From NCBI RefSeq assembly GCF_008831285.2, contig NC_045138.2, forward strand, positions 30,938,001 to 31,002,000: a DNA stretch of 64,000 nucleotides, read 5' to 3'. The DNA comes from Nymphaea colorata. Taxonomy: Eukaryota. Below the pieces are notes generated by a model. The model made no database searches. It saw only the letters and a list, made by a program, of their open reading frames with translations, and was not told the DNA's origin. Both the position numbers and the translations under genes were made by a program. Positions 39,269 to 56,009 of the stretch are shown here, one piece after another; the stretch's first letter is position 1; every line of letters starts with the position of its first letter.

Positions 39269-41989
39269 CAATCTTGGCAGAAGAAGCTGCAGAATGGGGG
39301 TGGAGCTGGAGGGGATCACCTTTTGCTTGAAGCACACATACTGTTTGTTTGGAGCTAGTTTTTATTGTTTGAGAAGTTTCAACTGTAACATATGCGGCTT
39401 ATGTTAGCTTTAATTGAAATTTCCTGTTGAATTTTGCTTGATCCACTAGATAGTTGTCCCTCTTCCAAGATTTTGTGCATTTTCTTGTCCAATGCATGCC
39501 ATCTAGGAAGACCAGTCACCAGTTTCTGCTGGTATTCTTTTCCCGGCAAATTTCTGTTTACTTAGCTAGCTAAAACGTATATTCACGGCTGGAGTTTTTG
39601 TCCTTTTAACGAAGATTCCAGTATTGTGCCTGTTTTCCAACGACCATAGGTGGTTCTCTTTTGTAGGATCTTAGTAAACAGGAAATATAGGACAGACTCT
39701 CTCTTTGCCTGCATATTTTTCAAAATGTCCCGCATATTTTTGTAACTTGTTTTTGGAGTTGATTCATTTAATCGGCGCAATTGATCCCAATCAGTATTTC
39801 TTTGAATTGATTGAATAGCAATGACGTTTCTAATTTAGAACGAGGAAAATTTGTTAAAATCAGAAGAAGCAGATGTAAATCATGAAAAAGTATCGGAAAG
39901 TCAGTGGCTATAGCTTGCTATTGACGGCCAGTGTCTTTAACTAACTTCGAATTCCAACGGGTTTGAGTTCTGACACTTACAGAATTTAAACATATGCATG
40001 ACAAGCTACGTACTATGCACCATGAATTCTCAGGTTTTATCGGTTATGTATTTCTCAATTCTTACATGACGCTACTGCCTACTGGCCGCGTACGTTTGAT
40101 TCGTTCTTAAGCATTCCGTTTTGCTTTTCCCGAAACTAGTGGAACATGACGTCCTCTTTATCGGGGAACAATGCCAGCGGCCCAGCGCTCTTCTCGATCT
40201 ACCTCGTCCGTCTGTTTTTCCATTTCGATGGAACAGAATCACAGGGTCTCCTTCCTGTATCAGAAGAACAGATCAAAGATACTCTCATCGCTTCGAAGTA
40301 AGTGACTTTATGCCTTCGCAGAAAAATTGGACCGTGAAATTTTTTGTATACAACGAAACGGCGTTCCTATAACGTTGTGTAAAATGAAATGGTTGATAGT
40401 TGGCATGAAGTCCTCTTTCCCCGGCACGGAAAATATTCATTTTATTCACATAAATCTTGCTTTAAACCATAAACTTCATCTTTTTGGTTCCCATCTTCAT
40501 TCTCTTATTTATAAATCACCCACCATTTCTGATTACTAATTTAAGGAACTTTTTTGCTGAAATTCCATTTTGCTACCTTAGTTGCAGCAATTCTATAGGC
40601 TGGCTCCTTGGCCCTTGCCGCTCATCTTAAGATGGGCTCAAGACGGATTACTATTCAACCATATATCTTGATATGATTGTTGAGATGGAAAACGAGGAAG
40701 AGAATGAGAATAAGATGAAATATAATTGCACAAAGAATTGTCTAATATTATGCTTTTCAAAATTGAAAGTCATATTTCGAGGTTTCTTTTCAATATTCTA
40801 GCCGTACGAATGATGATCTTTAGGGTCCAAAACCTATAAATAGAGAGCAGTTTATGAGAGGTACAAACAAGCTTACATAGCATAACAAATTTCAAGTATT
40901 TTAGACGTTGGAGTTATGGTTCCTCATAAAGTCCTATTTGCATGACTGAACAACCTATAATTAGAAGTGGATCTCTGGATTTTAACCTCCAATATTACAT
41001 AAAAATTCAAAAAACTTATTTTTAAACTCTACTCGAGCAACTGCTTGTAAGGAATTTGCCCTTATTTTACATAACCTATCATAGTAATTGTGCAATGCTC
41101 TAAGATATTAAAGAGCGACAGCCAACATTAATATGCCGTTGCGATGAGGTAAGTGAAAATGATTAATGCGGTATGTGATATCTAATCTGGACATGAAGTT
41201 GCAGTATATATATGGGCGACGCATAAGAGAAACCTCTGTTTTATATTGGCCAGACAAACTCTTCCTTACATAATGTATTCGACAAATCGCCTACAAAACT
41301 AACTCTGCAGGTGTCATCCCCATATTAGAAAGCTTTAGAACTAATAAAAAAAATGATGTTCTCTCCTTGAGCATATAAAACCTTAAGTCAAATACGTGAG
41401 TTTGTTTAGCTTACGATTGATAACCTGTTTTCGTAGTTTTATTAGATGTTATAATCAGCTTGAAATTGACGATGGTCCTGCCTATGTATGTGTATCCCGA
41501 ACATATATATAAGGCCCAATACCACCTTTGATTAAAGATCAAAAGGGGTAAGCGTTATATGAGAAATTGAAGGACAGCTATGCCACTTCATAGTTGCTAA
41601 CTGTCTCTCCCTCACTGCCCTTCTTACACTCCGCGACCAACTTTTTTAAATGCTTCTAAAGATATCAAATTACCATAGGAAAGGGAGATATAAGACGGGG
41701 ACATACAGTTCAGCCCAAGCAAATATGCGTTTCAATTAATAGTTCTCCAAGTACTGTCTCTTTTTCAAATCAATCAATATCTGTGTCTACAAACAATTGT
41801 ATTTGCTTAAGAAGAAGAGGTACATGTTGATTTTGCAGGTTGTGGAATCCACACAAGTTTCTTTAGAGGTGTTAAGCATCATGTTCTCAACACCTATCAT
41901 GATGCGGATACGGCAAAGTTATTAACATATGAAATTGTTTTGAACTCTGGCAAGGAATGGAACCACTTTCAAAGTTATCATCATGTTTG

Positions 41990-42350
41990 CAACTAGCTGA
42001 TATTTTCACTAAACCATTGGGAAGAGACACTTTTCAAACTCTAAGCATCAAGTTGGGTGTTCCAGATTTGCACACGCCAACTTGAGGGGAGTATCGAAGA
42101 ATCAGCATGCTAATTTTCAGAAAGAGGAAAATCAACAAGCTAATTTTTAGAAACGTTAAAACTAAGATAACTTTTCCTTTTATACAGGATTGTGATCTTC
42201 CAATCCCAAGATTTTTAGATCTATACATATATGTAAACTTGTATAAATACTCAAAACGTATATGAAATGAGTATCACGATTTTGGCTCATTCATCTTCCT
42301 CGTCTCTTTCTTTTCCTCATGCTTTCTTTCTCACTTCCCGTTTGTACAAC
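41990..42350 (+). mobile_element. Ty1/copia LTR retrotransposon 3' remnant (RNase H end, PPT, probable 3' LTR)
   Basis: 41990-42085 reads QLADIFTKPLGRDTFQTLSIKLGVPDLHTPT*, containing the copia RNase H ADIFTK motif. The polypurine tract GAGGGGAG (42084-42091) follows directly. The LTR end point is uncertain. Confidence 0.8.
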
Positions 42351-42881
42351 TGTGTTCACGGGGTTTGTGGTTCAATTTTGTAATGTTTTGCACAGTGTAG
42401 CCATTTGTTCATATTAATAAAATGGATGGGAACTTTGGTGTCCTAAATTGCTTTCTCTGTCTAATTCTCGATGGAATTTCATGTATCATTACCGTTACCA
42501 CAAACCAAATTTTGTATCCAATAGTGGCTTCATTATGCTCAAAGTCATATAAAAATCTAGAATTATTCTCAAAATCATTTGAAAAATATGGATGTGTTTT
42601 TGCTTCTATCCTATCCTGAGCAGCGTTGGCGCACTCGTGGAACAGTAGTAGGCAGCCAGTAACTGGTGTGAGTCAAAACATCACCTGATCTTCTACTGTG
42701 ATCTTCTACTGCGATCTTCTACTGCGTGCAGACACAGTGATATGACAGTAGTTGACGTATAATGCAGGCCTATTCCAGAGGCACCGACGCATCCTTGGAC
42801 CTTGAGGCACCGACGCATCCTTGGACCTTGTGGATAGGAGAAAAAGAAAAGACAGATAGATGGAAGAAAGAGGTGAAGGGG

Positions 42882-42938
42882 GTGGGGATCCAGTTCGTCC
42901 TGCTGGTGAACAAGCAAGGGCAGACTCAGCTCGACCAA
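42882..42938 (+). pseudogene. Fragment of AP-4 adaptor complex sigma subunit N-terminus
   Basis: VGIQFVLLVNKQGQTQLDQ versus plant AP4S MGIRFILMVNKQGQTRLAQ (recalled). The start codon position is GTG and no downstream AP4S exons were seen. Confidence 0.7.
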
Positions 42939-45082
42939 GTGCAGGTGCGGTGTGGCGGGTGTGATTTGGGGAAGTATGGGTAGAAGGCGTTGTGATGTAA
43001 GTAGGGTACGTGCGATACGGGTGCCGGTATCGTTGGCACTGGGCGGGCGGCCGAGACCACAGAGGAGCAGAGAGAACTTTTGGGACAATTGAGGGCAAGA
43101 GTCGAGTCCTGATTGAGCGGGGCGGGTGTGCTTCGGCTCTCACTAAGACGGTGTGGGATGTGATTTTGCTTTCACTACATGAATTGACCATGTACCATAC
43201 TTAAATTGCTTAATGTGGCCACCAAAATTTTTTTCTCCAACTCATATGCATGCATGTAAAAGTGCCCTCCACATAATGCTTCATTAATAAAATGCTTTGC
43301 CTTCAAAGATGGGATATCTTTTTGATGACTAAGGAAGTAGTCATTTGTAATTGTGATGAGGCAAATTCATTGGTAAGACCACTTTTTGCATTGTGACTCC
43401 ACTTCATTTGCAATAAAAACGCTGTTCAATATTAAATAAAGCAGATATCGACTAATATAAAACAACCCACGAAGATTGACATAATCTTAATTGAAACTTA
43501 ACATCCTCTTAATTTACATTGCACTTGTACAAAATTGTATATTCTTTAGCAACTACACCTTCCACTTGCATGTTAGTTGTATGGAGTTTACGCTTGTAGA
43601 CAAGTGAAGCAAGCAACTTCAGATCTCGAAAAGTTGTGAGACTGAAAGTGTCTGTCAAATAAACTTCCATTAAGTTAAAAAAATAGTTAGTTCCATATGT
43701 TTATTCATTTGAAAACCTCTCCATGTATTTTTGTGCATTCATCACCATTTCATATTCTACAACAAATTTAGTTAGACATGTTCACGCATGTGTCAACATA
43801 CTTGAAAAATATTTGTTTGTATTTTCACTATAGAGAAGTGTGGATTATAGTTGCGCGAGTGACTAAAGCATCAAATTCTTACTAAGGATGTTCCATGTGA
43901 AACACTGTGAAATTTACAAGAAATTAATTTCACCTTTATTGCTACTTTCGTTGCCAAAATTTATTCTCATGATACTTCTTTCTAAAACAGTTCAATGTAA
44001 TCTGATGAACTTTCTTTGTCATTTTTTTAGGGTACTTATGCGTTTGAACTTTAGTGAATGTTGAATGACCAATACTTCCAGGCACACATCTTAAAAAAAA
44101 CTTCTTGTTTGCACTAATGGCCTCAAATCAAATCAAACAATGTTATCCACCATCCCCTTTTGATGCACACTTAATCCTTTTTTTTTTGTGCTGTGTTTGA
44201 TCATTCTTTAACAAGAAAGCAACCATTCAATATTTTTCATATATAATGCTATAATAATGCACTTTTCTGCCTTTTGATCTAGCCCAATGGGCGTTCTTGC
44301 TTTACATCCACAACTTACTGCAAGCAAATTATTTCCAGGAAAATTTTCGTTGGTGTTTTTTTTTTTCATCATGAATTCATGCATCAAAACCTTCAAGCTT
44401 GGCCTATACACAGTAAAATTGATGTAGATGCTTTCAAATTTATGTCTGCCAAATTTATGAGATATGTGCTTTTTTTTTTGTATACGTGTAAAATCTTTAT
44501 TAAGCTAATTTCCTAGTTATATCCGAACAAGAAACATTTTTATAACAGGTTATAAAATAATAAAAAAAGAGGATAATGAGGGTTTCCTCCAAGAGATCCA
44601 ACGAATAACACTCTTACGAAGTAATAACAAAAAAAAGGTTCTCATAACACTGGTAGTCAAGTGAATTAAACAGAAAATTAATTAAGGAGAGGCAGATGAG
44701 TTGCGGAAAGCCGCGGATGATAGAAGCCGATGAAGAAGTGACGTGAAGGCGAGAGATCTTGTGGAAAGCGAGCGCAGATTAGATAATAAAGTAGCAGGTC
44801 TTGCTGGCTTTCTAAGTAAAGAAGCTGATTAGCTTGATGCTCAGAGGCTGTCACTTTGAAAGAAAAAGACGACCATAATGAAATTAGAATATACAAAGGG
44901 CCCGTAAGATTGAAGCATTTATATATATATATATATATATAGTTGCGCAACATAAAGTGTATTTAACCATGTCATGACTTGGTGGGTGACCATGAGGATG
45001 TACCCTCGGAATGAGAGGTTGAAAGCCTCTCCCCTCTTCCTTTACCTTCGGCCTTCATACGGTTACTAACTGCTTGAGGGGG

Positions 45083-45256
45083 TAAGCCTGGGCATCAGGC
45101 CACGCAACCGGTGGGTACCTGGTACTTGGCCAGACTCGAACCTTGGGTACCTAGTACTCGGCCAAACTCGAACCTCGGTTCGAGCTGAAAAAAGAAGGCA
45201 CTGGGCCGGCCCGATAATTTATCAGGCCGGGCCAGGTGGGCCTGATAAGCCCAAGT
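45083..45256. mobile_element. Truncated relative of the 3451 hAT MITE family
   Basis: TAAGCCTGGGCATCAGGCC resembles the left TIR, and GGGCCGGCCCGATA and GGCCTGATA motifs follow. No right TIR seen. Confidence 0.5.
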
Positions 45257-45701
45257 CTATTAAAATAACTGTGGGATGGAGATCAGCGTGTCCCCAAATA
45301 TATGCAAGTCTATAGGACATAGTTGCATCCAGAAGTAAGTAATTAGGAAAGGAAATCATACATGTGGGGTCATGAGGAAGCATTATTATTTGCTCATGTT
45401 GTTGAAGAAATGTTGAGAATCAACTATCAAGATTAATGCTTAAGTTACATTAGTTTAGTTACCCAATTGCAAGAAAAGAAAAGATGACAACTTAAATTCA
45501 AAACCAAGTAAAGGACTTGCAATCATTCAACTCACTATCCCATTAATGCAATCACTTTGCCTGGGTTTCTTCTAACAGGCGATCAACTTGGTCGCATCTC
45601 ATCGCTGCCACATACAGCTAGAATTGAAATATTTGTTATATGTACTGCCCTAGATGCACATAGTTCAGTACTCTTATCTCAATATTATTGATTCATGATC
45701 C

Positions 45702-45743
<42 letters not shown>

Positions 45744-47249
45744 AAACATGCATCTCCACACAATGCAAACAGAGGACGACAAGCTACAGAAAGATCGACT
45801 CCACCATCTCAAGAACAGTGGAGCCAATCAGAGGGAGTCACGTTCCAGCTCAGTCATGGCTTACTTCCACCACCCTCTCAGCCTCCAAAGATTATGATTA
45901 GTAAGAAAATCTTCCTTGGGGGACAGGGACAGGACGTAAGGAGGCAGAGCTTCAAATATTTTTTTATCATTTAAAGAACTGAATTCTCTAACCTATGCAT
46001 TAAAATAATATTTTCACAGTATCATCTAGAATAATATATATATATATGTAGTACCGGGCCATACTTGTCCGGTACTTTTGTCGCCAGACATACCAAACAT
46101 ACCAGAGCAAGCGTGTCCCAGTATCGAGCCCCACATCCGCCAACAGAATTGAAAAAAAAAGTAGGCGCAGGGCGAGGGACCAAGCTGATGGATCGAGCAA
46201 AGCATGGCCCTCTTGAGCTTTTCCATCAAAGTTTAAAACAAAACAAAAATTAATTAGGAAACTCATTGCTGGGGATCCGGTACTCAAAATTAATTACAGT
46301 TTTTAGAAGCAAAAAGCAAGAGGTCATGGTTCATTATATGAGCTTTAAAGGAGACACCAGAGATGATGAACTGAGGTGTCTTGGAAAATATACATCACAA
46401 CAAGCCCCACAAATGGTTTAAAAGTGGGAGGCCTACTTGTCACATGCATAAAGTTTAAAACATGGTTCACTATAAAAGGAACCAAATTCCAACTAATTGA
46501 TTGTTAACTTGCTTATATATATAATTAATGTCTTTTTTGTATGATTTGGAACCTTGAGACTTCGTCGTTTGTATGATTTGGAACCTTGATACTTGGTCTT
46601 TTACACTATCTATACTTTTCAATTCAAACTCATCTTTTCCATTACCAACTAGAAAGTAAGAGTTGGTAGGCGGCCAGTATCTGTTTCAAACTCTTATGGC
46701 ACCAATCTCTTGTGCTGCAAATGAAAGAAAGTGCACTGATATACAAATTGAAGCATATATAGCAGGTGCATCATTCTAAGATGCGTAAAACAGCTTTGGA
46801 TCCTGGAAGCGTGGCGAAGCTTCGACCTTCACTTGGGTAGTAAGAATAATCTCCTGCTCACTGAACTAGAAAAATGCGTTGCATGTTGGTAATGAAAAAT
46901 ATCTTTTGGACTATCATTTTGTCGATTCATATTCATCTTTTTCATTACGAACTAGAATAAAATGTTGCTTATTCATACTGCGATATCTTGACCATGATAA
47001 TAACTCAGTTCCATGTTAAGGGATCTGCATGGTAATATATGTTGTGGGAAATACTCAAAATGCTCAAATCTCTACACTCTCTATGCATTCATCTCCGTCT
47101 ACGTACATCTTTCTTTTCCGTGTGAGCAAGATTGAGAAGGTCTCTGGAAAAGGTCTAGGAAATGATTGGGTGCAAAAATTTGTTTAAACAATGTGGAAAG
47201 TCACGTATGGTCTAATCTCTTTTGCTGTCATGAAAAGCAGAGTTTAGCT

Positions 47250-49360
<2,111 letters not shown>

Positions 49361-51059
49361 CTGGAAATCAATCTTGGGTAGCTTTGTAGTCACGTGAACC
49401 TGATCCAAGCCGTCTCACTTTCAAAACAGCGACACGCACGCAGCGACATTTTTCACCCTATCGAAGTTCCAAATTGAGGAATATTTATCCTCCATCAAAC
49501 ACACATGTTCAGTGACGTGAGGCGATTTGAGATCCTTATGGATTTGACAAATATGGATCTCATCTTCGAAAACTAGACTCAAACAGTGCCATGATCCGAC
49601 CCAAGCCCGTTAGTGCTTGATGGATTGAGCTTCTCATAAAATCTTTATCCAAATAGAATCCCAACTTTGTAAAAGCTGGTCAGCACGTTATCATGAGATT
49701 CTAGTCGTAGTACAAAGTGCTTTGTGGAATGAATTTGAAAAGAAAAACAGCTAGTAAAATAACTAAGAACTTAACAAAAAAAGTTTTTGTCAATCTGCTT
49801 TTTCAGTTATGGTAAATACCCAACACACTCATCAATATACAAAGTTCAATATATAAAGTGAAGACCATGAGTCTTAGATCACTACTATTGCAGTGGTGAA
49901 GCTAGAAATTTTTTAATTGTGCTAGTAGATCGATTTCCGTTACACATGTTCACCTTTGTCCTTCTTCCGACTCGGCCTCTGTCCTGACTCTCGCACCGTT
50001 TTAATTAAAAAAAATTCATGTATATATATATATATATATAAGTAGACTAGTAATATGTAAATATATAAATTTTATACTACGTGGCCAACTTAGCACGCTT
50101 GGCGATCTTTTTCTCACTTTACATTACAGTGTGTGGCCAATGTAGTTGGGATCCAATGTCAAGCAAAGATGCGGATCCATTGCATAGCTTTTGCAGTTCC
50201 CGGCAGCTTTTGGGTCCGATCGCGACCTGACTCAATACATTTAACTACTCTAAATCTGACCAATCTTCTCATCTATTTCTTACAGTTTGGAAAAAAAAAT
50301 ATCAGTTTATTAGTGCAACAATATATGTAGAACATTGACTTGATTGAAGTTTTATTTGAAAGATTGTTTAATATTTTAACTACGTTGATGAGTGGTTGAG
50401 TATTTGTAAATGTTCATTTTAACTGCTAAGCAATATCTTACAAAGAACTGTTATACTTAACACATAATATACAAGTCGTAAGTACTAGCATAAAATAATT
50501 TTACCAAGACCATTAAATAAGATTTTCCGTTGTTTTTTTTTTTTTTTCTGTTTTAGGTGGCTAGCCCATCTAAACAATGTGTATTCTCTTATTCTAAAGT
50601 TTGATGGCATGCTTGGCGTTATTTTGTCCTTTTTTAGCACATTCCATTCCATGTTACATCAAATGGTTTGACAATTTGTGAGCGTTTGATTGAAACTGCA
50701 GCCTTACAGTTTACCCCTTATGAAGGTTCTTGTTTTCAATTTTGACAGATATCAAGCAACTCTTGATCGCAATTTCAATCTGGGTTGCTAATTGAAAGCT
50801 TCAGTTGGCAACATCTTTTTTGGAAAATGCAGTCTTTTTTTACCGAAAAATCCTGACGTTTTTACTCATAAAATAACTGTTGTCTATATGATGTATGTTT
50901 GTTTGATTCTTGTGGATACTATTTTTATTGACTATATACTCCACTGAGGTCCGGAGGCACATTTAAGGCCTTAGAGGAAAGGAGAATTTGAGAAGAGCGG
51001 AACTTCATGTCTTTTCGTAGCTTGTTAACTTCTTGCTCACCCAAAAGTATTATTGTGTT

Positions 51060-51465
51060 TAGGGGTGAACAATGAGTCGAGCTCGACTCTTTAAAGCTCG
51101 GCTCGTGAACGAGATCGAGCCGAGTCATTTGCTTAATGAGTCGAGCTGGAGTTCATGAGTCGACTCATTCAAATAATCAAGCTGAGTTCGAGCTCAACAT
51201 GTAACTGCCGAGTTGAGTTTGATCCTTAATCGAGTTTGTCGAGCCCGACCTCAATACCTAACAATGTATATCAATTCTATTTAAATGATTTTATCGAGCC
51301 TTAATGAAGTCGAGCCCGAGTTCAACACATAACTGTCGAGTCGAGCTTGATCTGCTTCCGTCGAACTATTCTCGAGCTCGAGCCGAGTGAGCTTGAGGTT
51401 TCATTAGTCGTGCCGAGCTCGAGCTGACTGAACTCCGGCTCGACTCAACTCAACTCGTGTTCACC
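51060..51465. mobile_element. GAGCTCGAG-rich MITE, near full length
   Basis: Left end TAGGGGTGAACA, right end TGTTCACC. Many TCGAGC/GAGTCGAG repeats. Colinear with 31800-32060. Confidence 0.7.
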
Positions 51466-53122
51466 GGCCCACTCAATTTAAAAGTAGATCATTGTGGGCT
51501 TTAATAACGGCAAAAAAAAAAAAACCTAGGGACGGCCATAACGATTTTTCAGAAATGACAAGTTTATTCACGGTATTACTGCAAAAAGTTTGGTCCATGA
51601 GTTAAAAATCCATCCTTCCTTGCTATTTGTTCACAGGGTTAGGGTTAGGTGAGTGGCTCTCGTCAGATCCAATCGGTCTCCATCACGCCCTCACATTAAT
51701 TGTACACAATTTTAGAACAAAACTTTTAAACCTTGTTTGAATTCAAATTCCTTGGTTCAAAACTCTATATATCAACTTAGAAAAGCACCCAATGAATTCC
51801 ACGTTGACTTGTCAACGTTTAAAATATATCATTCGATCTGCAAGTTCATTTCTACAATTAAAATTTCATGAACCTCAAAATGAAAATTCTGTTTGTAGTT
51901 TGTAATTTGATACTCTTATGTGCAATCGCTTCAATGTGTACAGTTCAAACAGGCGAACTTGGGTCACATTATGCGACATGTCATGCGTAGATCTGTGCTA
52001 CTTGTACTGATACGGCTATAGACTCCAAAGCGAACAAGGAATCAAGCTTCGACTCTCGTCTGAGCAGTAGAATTAATCTTTCTTCTCTATGCCATCGTTC
52101 TTTCTCTTTCTAAAAGAAAAATAAATTATCGAAGCACATGGCGCTGGGATGAATTAGATCGTGAATACTTGAATGGGTTGACTCCTTTCTCCCTAAACTT
52201 CTAAAATCAATTTTCCTATAGAAAAAAAAAAAATACTTATCCTGAACTCAATGAGTGGCCCAACATCCAACGGAAACGTGTACTATTTACCAAACACCTT
52301 CATCAACGGTAATATAAGTTTATTTCCCATATGAATCCAACTGCCACAAAAGTAGTTAATTCCCCAAGTATAATTCTATATACTACCGTCCCATAATCAT
52401 CATGTGCCCAAGAAAAACTTATGATGCTGAAATTTTAGAGAGAGAAAGTCTTTTATTTATATTATTTATTTATTTATCAACCACTTTACCAATTTTAGCT
52501 GATGAAGTTGTCACTATAAAGATGGAGATGGAGATGGAGAATGTTCCAGGGAGGAATGCATGTGAGGGATAAAAAGAAAAGAATATTAAAAAGAAAATTA
52601 TTATGAGGGTGAAAAGCAGAACCAAGCTAAAGGGGGAGGACTGAGGAGGGGAGGCCAGCTGGCCTCTGACTTGATGTGGACACGTGGCAGAATATTGTTG
52701 AAGTAAACCGATTAAATTTAAAGATTTGGAATAACCAGCCGCAAAAGATTGCCCTGCTCCTCTGTACTGCTTCCGCCTTTTTATATGCAAAGTTTAAAAA
52801 AAAAAAAAAGAATTACTATATAAAATTTGTGCACCATCCTATCTTATCATACAGAATAAGATAATGCGAACGGGTATAAACACATTCTTTGGAAAATTAT
52901 AAAATTTATGCTTGTCCAAAAAAATAATTACATAGAAGGTGTTATTATTCCTTGTGTCATGTGTTGCTGCTAGTGGGAGCTGCATTTAAGTTTGGGCAAA
53001 AAAAATGTTATTACCATATCTAAAAACTTTTAAGAGTTGTATTAGGAAGAGGGTTATCCCACTGTTTGAAGCGCCCAAAGCCCCCTCCCTCTTAGGGTTC
53101 TAAGCTGCTTTGGTGTTACAAA

Positions 53123-54585
53123 ACACATGAACATAATGTCAACGGGAATCGAACTAAAGACCTGTCAATCCACAAGCTCTTAACCTGCACTATGTCCCTA
53201 AAAAAAAAGAAATTGTTAGGAACAGATTGCTAAGTATACACTCATGTCACAAAAAAAAAAAAAGAAGATTGTTACAATAGTATTATAGTTGGTTCAACAC
53301 TCAAGCTTCGGATCTCCCATGTATACACTCATGTGCGTCAAGAGAGTTAATTGCAACATTTTAAAAGATAAGTCCTTTGTCTAAGATTATGAAAAATCTT
53401 GAATGAAGGACTTATAAAAAAGATCATGGCAATAGTATTAGAGCTTGTAGACCCCCACACATATACGCGTAGTAAGACTCTGATTTAAAAAGTTTAGTCA
53501 TGTATTTAAGATTATGAAAATTCATCATATAAAACTTAATAAAGAGGGTTGGTTAAATGATGAATTAACTAGATTCCTAATTTTGTAGGTCCCAAGTTGT
53601 TAAAAGCCAGGGTTAGAGCTACTAATCGGTGTAGAAAAAATAAATAAACAAATATAAGAAAAAGGAAAATTGGCCTATATATTCGATTCGATGCTAGAAA
53701 TGAGAGACGAGATCTAGACCCGCGTTTTCGTTGGATAATTGAGGATCTGGTTCCTTTTGTCCAACCTGGCCTCCAACCAACCGGGTTTTGGATTCTTTCC
53801 ACTGCCACCCCAAAAGGCTCCCACTCGCTTAGGTCAAAAGACTCCGGCGTCCCGTTTGCTGCCCACATCACTTCATTACCACTGTCGGTTTATCGTAATT
53901 TTTTGTTTTTTCTCCGAATTAATTACTAATATAATAATATTTTTTGACTTTTTGGTGCCCAATTTGCCGCACCCCACCGTTAATTTTTTGTTTTTTTGTG
54001 AAAATCAATTGCCAATATAATAACATTTTTTTTCCTTCTTCTTCCTCTCAGTGAAAATGATTGCGAAAACTGTGAATTCCAAAAGCAGGCTTTTGGACTG
54101 GTCTGTCGCTGGCCCCGACCGAGCCATTGCGGCTCGAGCCCACTATGAGTTGACTCGATCAGCTGGGTCCGACTTGACCGGAGTTCGTGACCTCTTGAGG
54201 GTTTAACCATGATGAATAATCTGGCAAACTGGTATGAAGTACTTTAACTAGACTATGGCACCGTTGGGTGGAGATCGTCGAGTCTATTCAACTTTGAAAG
54301 CTATTTAGAATGTCATATCCCAACGATCTAAATGTTTAGTGAAAATAAATTTGGATTCATGTAAATTTCAAAATGTAAGAGCGCCCTTTCAAAACTTCAA
54401 TGCAAAATCCAACGGCCCCACAACGTTCTCCATCTTCATCAAATGTTGAAAAATAATTCATTGAGAAACGTTAAGAGAAAAAAAAACCCGACTTCAAGAG
54501 GCATAGCGTACCTGGTTGGGCTAAGAGCCTGAATAATTGTAGGTCTCTAGTTCGATTCTCATGAATGTTATGTCATGTATTTTAA
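53123..54585. mobile_element. Two inverted copies of a tRNA-derived SINE-like head (53123-53200 minus; about 54500-54585 plus)
   Basis: Shared gg.taagagc.tg...attg..aggtct.tAGTTCGATTC.c.tg...ttatgt.catgt.tttt, including a pol III B-box-like GTTCGATTC. Confidence 0.5.
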
Positions 54586-56009
54586 GATAGTAGGGCGCGA
54601 CATCCCAGTTGAAAGGCGCACCGTTGTCTTCGTTGATATCGACGTACCTAAGGACTCTAGAGACAGAGAGAATGGAGAGGAGAGGGAGGGCTTCAGGCGT
54701 TGTTTCAAACGGTGAGATGAACCTCTAGTTCACATGAAAGAGAAAAAGAAAGAGAATATATCAAACACAAATAAAAAAGTAACATATAGACCGTGCAAGC
54801 CTCCTACAAATATTTAGAATGCCGTCGTCGTACGAATCTACTTTAAAAATTGAGACAAATTTTTTTTATAGATCTACCCCAACAAAAATATTGAGACAAA
54901 TTTTGTGACAATAAATACAAAGATTGAGACAAATTTAAGAGACGGTAACAATTTATTATTATTGTCCAACTAGTCAAACTGAACTTCAACTTGAGAATAA
55001 TATAGGTTCTTAAAATTGTGGATCTATAAACTGACCTAAAATTATGTTTGATAACATTAGATATGAGATGTGAAGTTACCACATATGCGCATTTTGTAAT
55101 GTAACGTAGATATCAAGTCTGCGATCGCATAAAATCACAACTACAAGGCTATCAAACATCGTCATAGGAATGCAACTCTGGTTCAGATCATCAAAACGCA
55201 TAGATCAGATTAGAATCGAAATTTTAGACTTCAAAGCCATGTTACGAGGCAGTACTAAAGTCCAGCTTGAACTTCTTAATAGGCTTTTAAACATTTTCTC
55301 ATCTTCGTGAATACATCGACAGGGACTTGTTTTTTTTTTTTTTTCAAGTATTTTATTAGACGTAGGTCCATAAATAATACAAGAAGTGCATACTTTATGG
55401 TAAAATATTATTGTTATTGTAGTAAAAAAAGATAGATAGGTATAATACTTAGGGAATGATGAGAAGATGCATGTGCAGCTTTCAACTGTGACTTTTTTTT
55501 GTGAATGCGAAAGAGAAAAAGGTGAGGTAAGAAAAAGAAGGGGACGTTTGATAAGCGGCAGTAAGTAGACATCTCATAGAAAGGAGGGGCAATTCCGGTA
55601 ATGAAAAAGTTTTAAAGAAGAAAAGCGAGTCGCTCTCTCTCTCTCTACTTTCCCATCAAAAGGGCCATTCCTTCTCCCAAAAACTGTCCTCTCTCTCTCT
55701 CTCTCTCTCCTACCTAAAACGCATCACTCTTTTGACGAGGGAGCTGTCTACTCTCCGATAGACCTGCTGGCTGGGGAAGTTTCCGGCTGCCGGAAAACCA
55801 CCAGCTTGCAGGACCTGAGAATGCCATCTTGCCGCTCTGCTTTCCTGGTGTTCCATACGTCTCCTACTCCTTACGCGAATTCCACCTCCAGCCTTCGCAG
55901 AGAGAGCTGCTCGAAATCCCGCTAGTCTTGTCAATGGGTGGTTCTTTCTCCCATTTATGAACCAAAAGCAGCAGCAGAAGCAGCAGGAGCAGCAGCGCCA
56001 CCTCCCACC

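Noticed and set aside
44690..44860. Coding-like stretch (EADELRKAADD...)
   Set aside because: Interrupted by stops and I could not assign a family; possibly a retroelement scrap.
46000..46290. GC-richer block with several short ORFs and an 8-bp hairpin (AGTACCGG...CCGGTACT)
   Set aside because: No recognisable protein in the frames examined and no supportable exon chain.
51634..51649. AGGGTTAGGGTTAGG telomere-like repeat
   Set aside because: Only 2-3 units, too short to call an interstitial telomere.
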